DNA of 17,206 nucleotides from positions 1 to 17,206 of the forward strand of contig JBBRNJ010000126.1 in NCBI GenBank assembly GCA_038230375.1. The letters are read 5' to 3'. Origin of the DNA: Polyangiales bacterium. GTDB taxonomy: Bacteria > Myxococcota_A > Polyangia > Polyangiales > Polyangiaceae. Shown here piece by piece: positions 16,409 to 17,206 of the stretch. The position numbers and the translations under genes are program-made. The notes beneath the pieces are model-generated. The model ran no database searches, was not told the origin of the DNA, and saw only the letters and a program-made list of their open reading frames with translations. Position 1 is the stretch's first letter. Every line of letters starts with the position of its first letter.

Positions 16409-16648
16409 ATGCGCGTTTTTCTGCATGTCGCCGAAGGACTTCCGAACTTCTCGCACGGCGTGCGGCGAAAGTACTTCACCGGCGCTCGGAACAGCGCCTG
16501 CGAAACCTCTGGCGCAGCGGATGGCGCGAACGCGATCGGCGCTCTCGATCACGCCACCGCGCTCGACATCATGCAGCGCTGCCAGAACCTCGCGAAGATG
16601 ACGCGCTTCGTGATACCCGACGGGGTGCTCTCCGCGTTGATGCGCTGA
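16409..16648 (+). pseudogene. 5'-truncated four-helix-bundle (IVS protein/Avd-like) gene
   Basis: VFLHVAEG...RRKYFTGARNSACET aligns by eye with IALNVSEG...QQRFHTALGSARET of the neighbouring gene. About 38 N-terminal residues are missing, and there is no SD. Confidence 0.7.
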
Positions 16649-16655
16649 ACGCGAA

Positions 16656-16685
16656 GGCGCCGCGGGGAGCGATCTCCGCGGCGCC
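16656..16685 (+). terminator. 13-bp GC-rich hairpin between convergent four-helix-bundle genes
   Basis: GGCGCCGCGGGGA-GCGA-TCTCCGCGGCGCC (GNRA loop, one G-U pair on the + strand) followed by GTCTTTCT. Confidence 0.7.
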
Positions 16686-16692
16686 GTCTTTC

Positions 16693-17013
16693 TCACCGCG
16701 TGAGCTTCGTCAGCGTGCCGAGGATCTGGCGCATGCGCTCACGCACTTCGTCCCTCACGCGGGGCACGTAGCCCAGCGCCACTCCGACCTCGATGCAAGC
16801 GAGCGTCTCCCGTGCACTGCCAAGCGCGGTGTGAAACCGCTGCTGCGCGTTCTTCCCCCGAGAGTAAGAGCCCTCCGAGACATTCAAAGCAATGCTCGCC
16901 GCAGCCCGCCTCATCTGCTTCTCCAGGTCCGGATCCCGCCTTCCGATCGCCTCCATCTCCATCCGAAGCATCCCAACCGTCTCGATGATCACTCCGTAAA
17001 TTCTCAACTCCAT
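16693..17013 (-). CDS. Four-helix-bundle protein (23S rRNA IVS protein / Avd-like family), 106 aa
   Basis: LRIY, DL..QMRRAAASIALNVSEG, F..ALGSARET..C.....ALGY and L..L family pattern; SD GAAAGGAG 7 nt before ATG 17013. Confidence 0.9.
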   Translation of the reverse strand: MELRIYGVIIETVGMLRMEMEAIGRRDPDLEKQMRRAAASIALNVSEGSYSRGKNAQQRFHTALGSARETLACIEVGVALGYVPRVRDEVRERMRQILGTLTKLTR

Positions 17014-17019
17014 GTGCGA

Positions 17020-17150
17020 GCTCCTTTCGATCGCACCAAACGGGGCATCGCGCGGAGGACGGGTCAAGGCTCGCCCGAAGGGCGACCAGCGCAGCTGGCC
17101 TGGCCTTGACGCGTCCGAGCACGATGACACGCTGGTCGACCGAAAGGAGC
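17020..17150. promoter_or_regulatory. Long imperfect inverted repeat with two internal mini-hairpins (candidate ssDNA promoter / SD-sequestering structure)
   Basis: Arms 17020-17070 and 17103-17150 match at about 40 of 51 positions by hand alignment, including GCTCCTTTCG/CGAAAGGAGC and GTCAAGGC/GCCTTGAC. The loop contains TCGCCC-GAA-GGGCGA and CCAGC-GCA-GCTGG. Confidence 0.75.
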
Positions 17151-17206
17151 GACCACGAGTCCCCGAGCGAGCCCCGCAAAGCCACCGAACCGGTTGCCGG
17201 TGAGAC

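Noticed and set aside
17020..17150. Integron attC site or IS terminal inverted repeats
   Set aside because: It lacks RYYYAAC/GTTRRRY ends, and no transposase or target-site duplication is visible.
16409..17206. Diversity-generating retroelement or 23S rRNA intervening sequence
   Set aside because: There is no reverse transcriptase, no template/variable repeat pair and no rRNA sequence in the window.

Overview
A GC-rich chromosomal segment that looks myxobacterial (Polyangiaceae/Labilithrix-like by inference, from a MYXO-CTERM protein, an AgmX/PglI-type domain and many lipoproteins). The body holds about 17 ordinary-looking genes: Cys-rich and Kelch lipoproteins, an AraC regulator, a split membrane spermidine-synthase-like pair, an alpha/beta-hydrolase lipoprotein, a FliK/SctP-like protein, a NADAR protein, a phospholipase C-family phosphoesterase, DUF2277, a CPBP protease and a MYXO-CTERM protein. 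There is also one tRNA-Ser(GCT). The most unusual features are at the two ends. Both carry same-orientation GACNNC hexamer arrays. At the right end the array runs into the 3' end of a membrane gene and abuts a 5'-truncated four-helix-bundle (IVS protein/Avd-like) gene, which converges on an intact four-helix-bundle gene. The intact gene is preceded by a ~130-nt imperfect inverted repeat built like a single-stranded-DNA (Frpo-type) promoter, which would also hide its own Shine-Dalgarno. Coding sequence near the arrays shows a sharp local loss of C at third codon positions. All product calls come from reading motifs by eye; no database searches were run.
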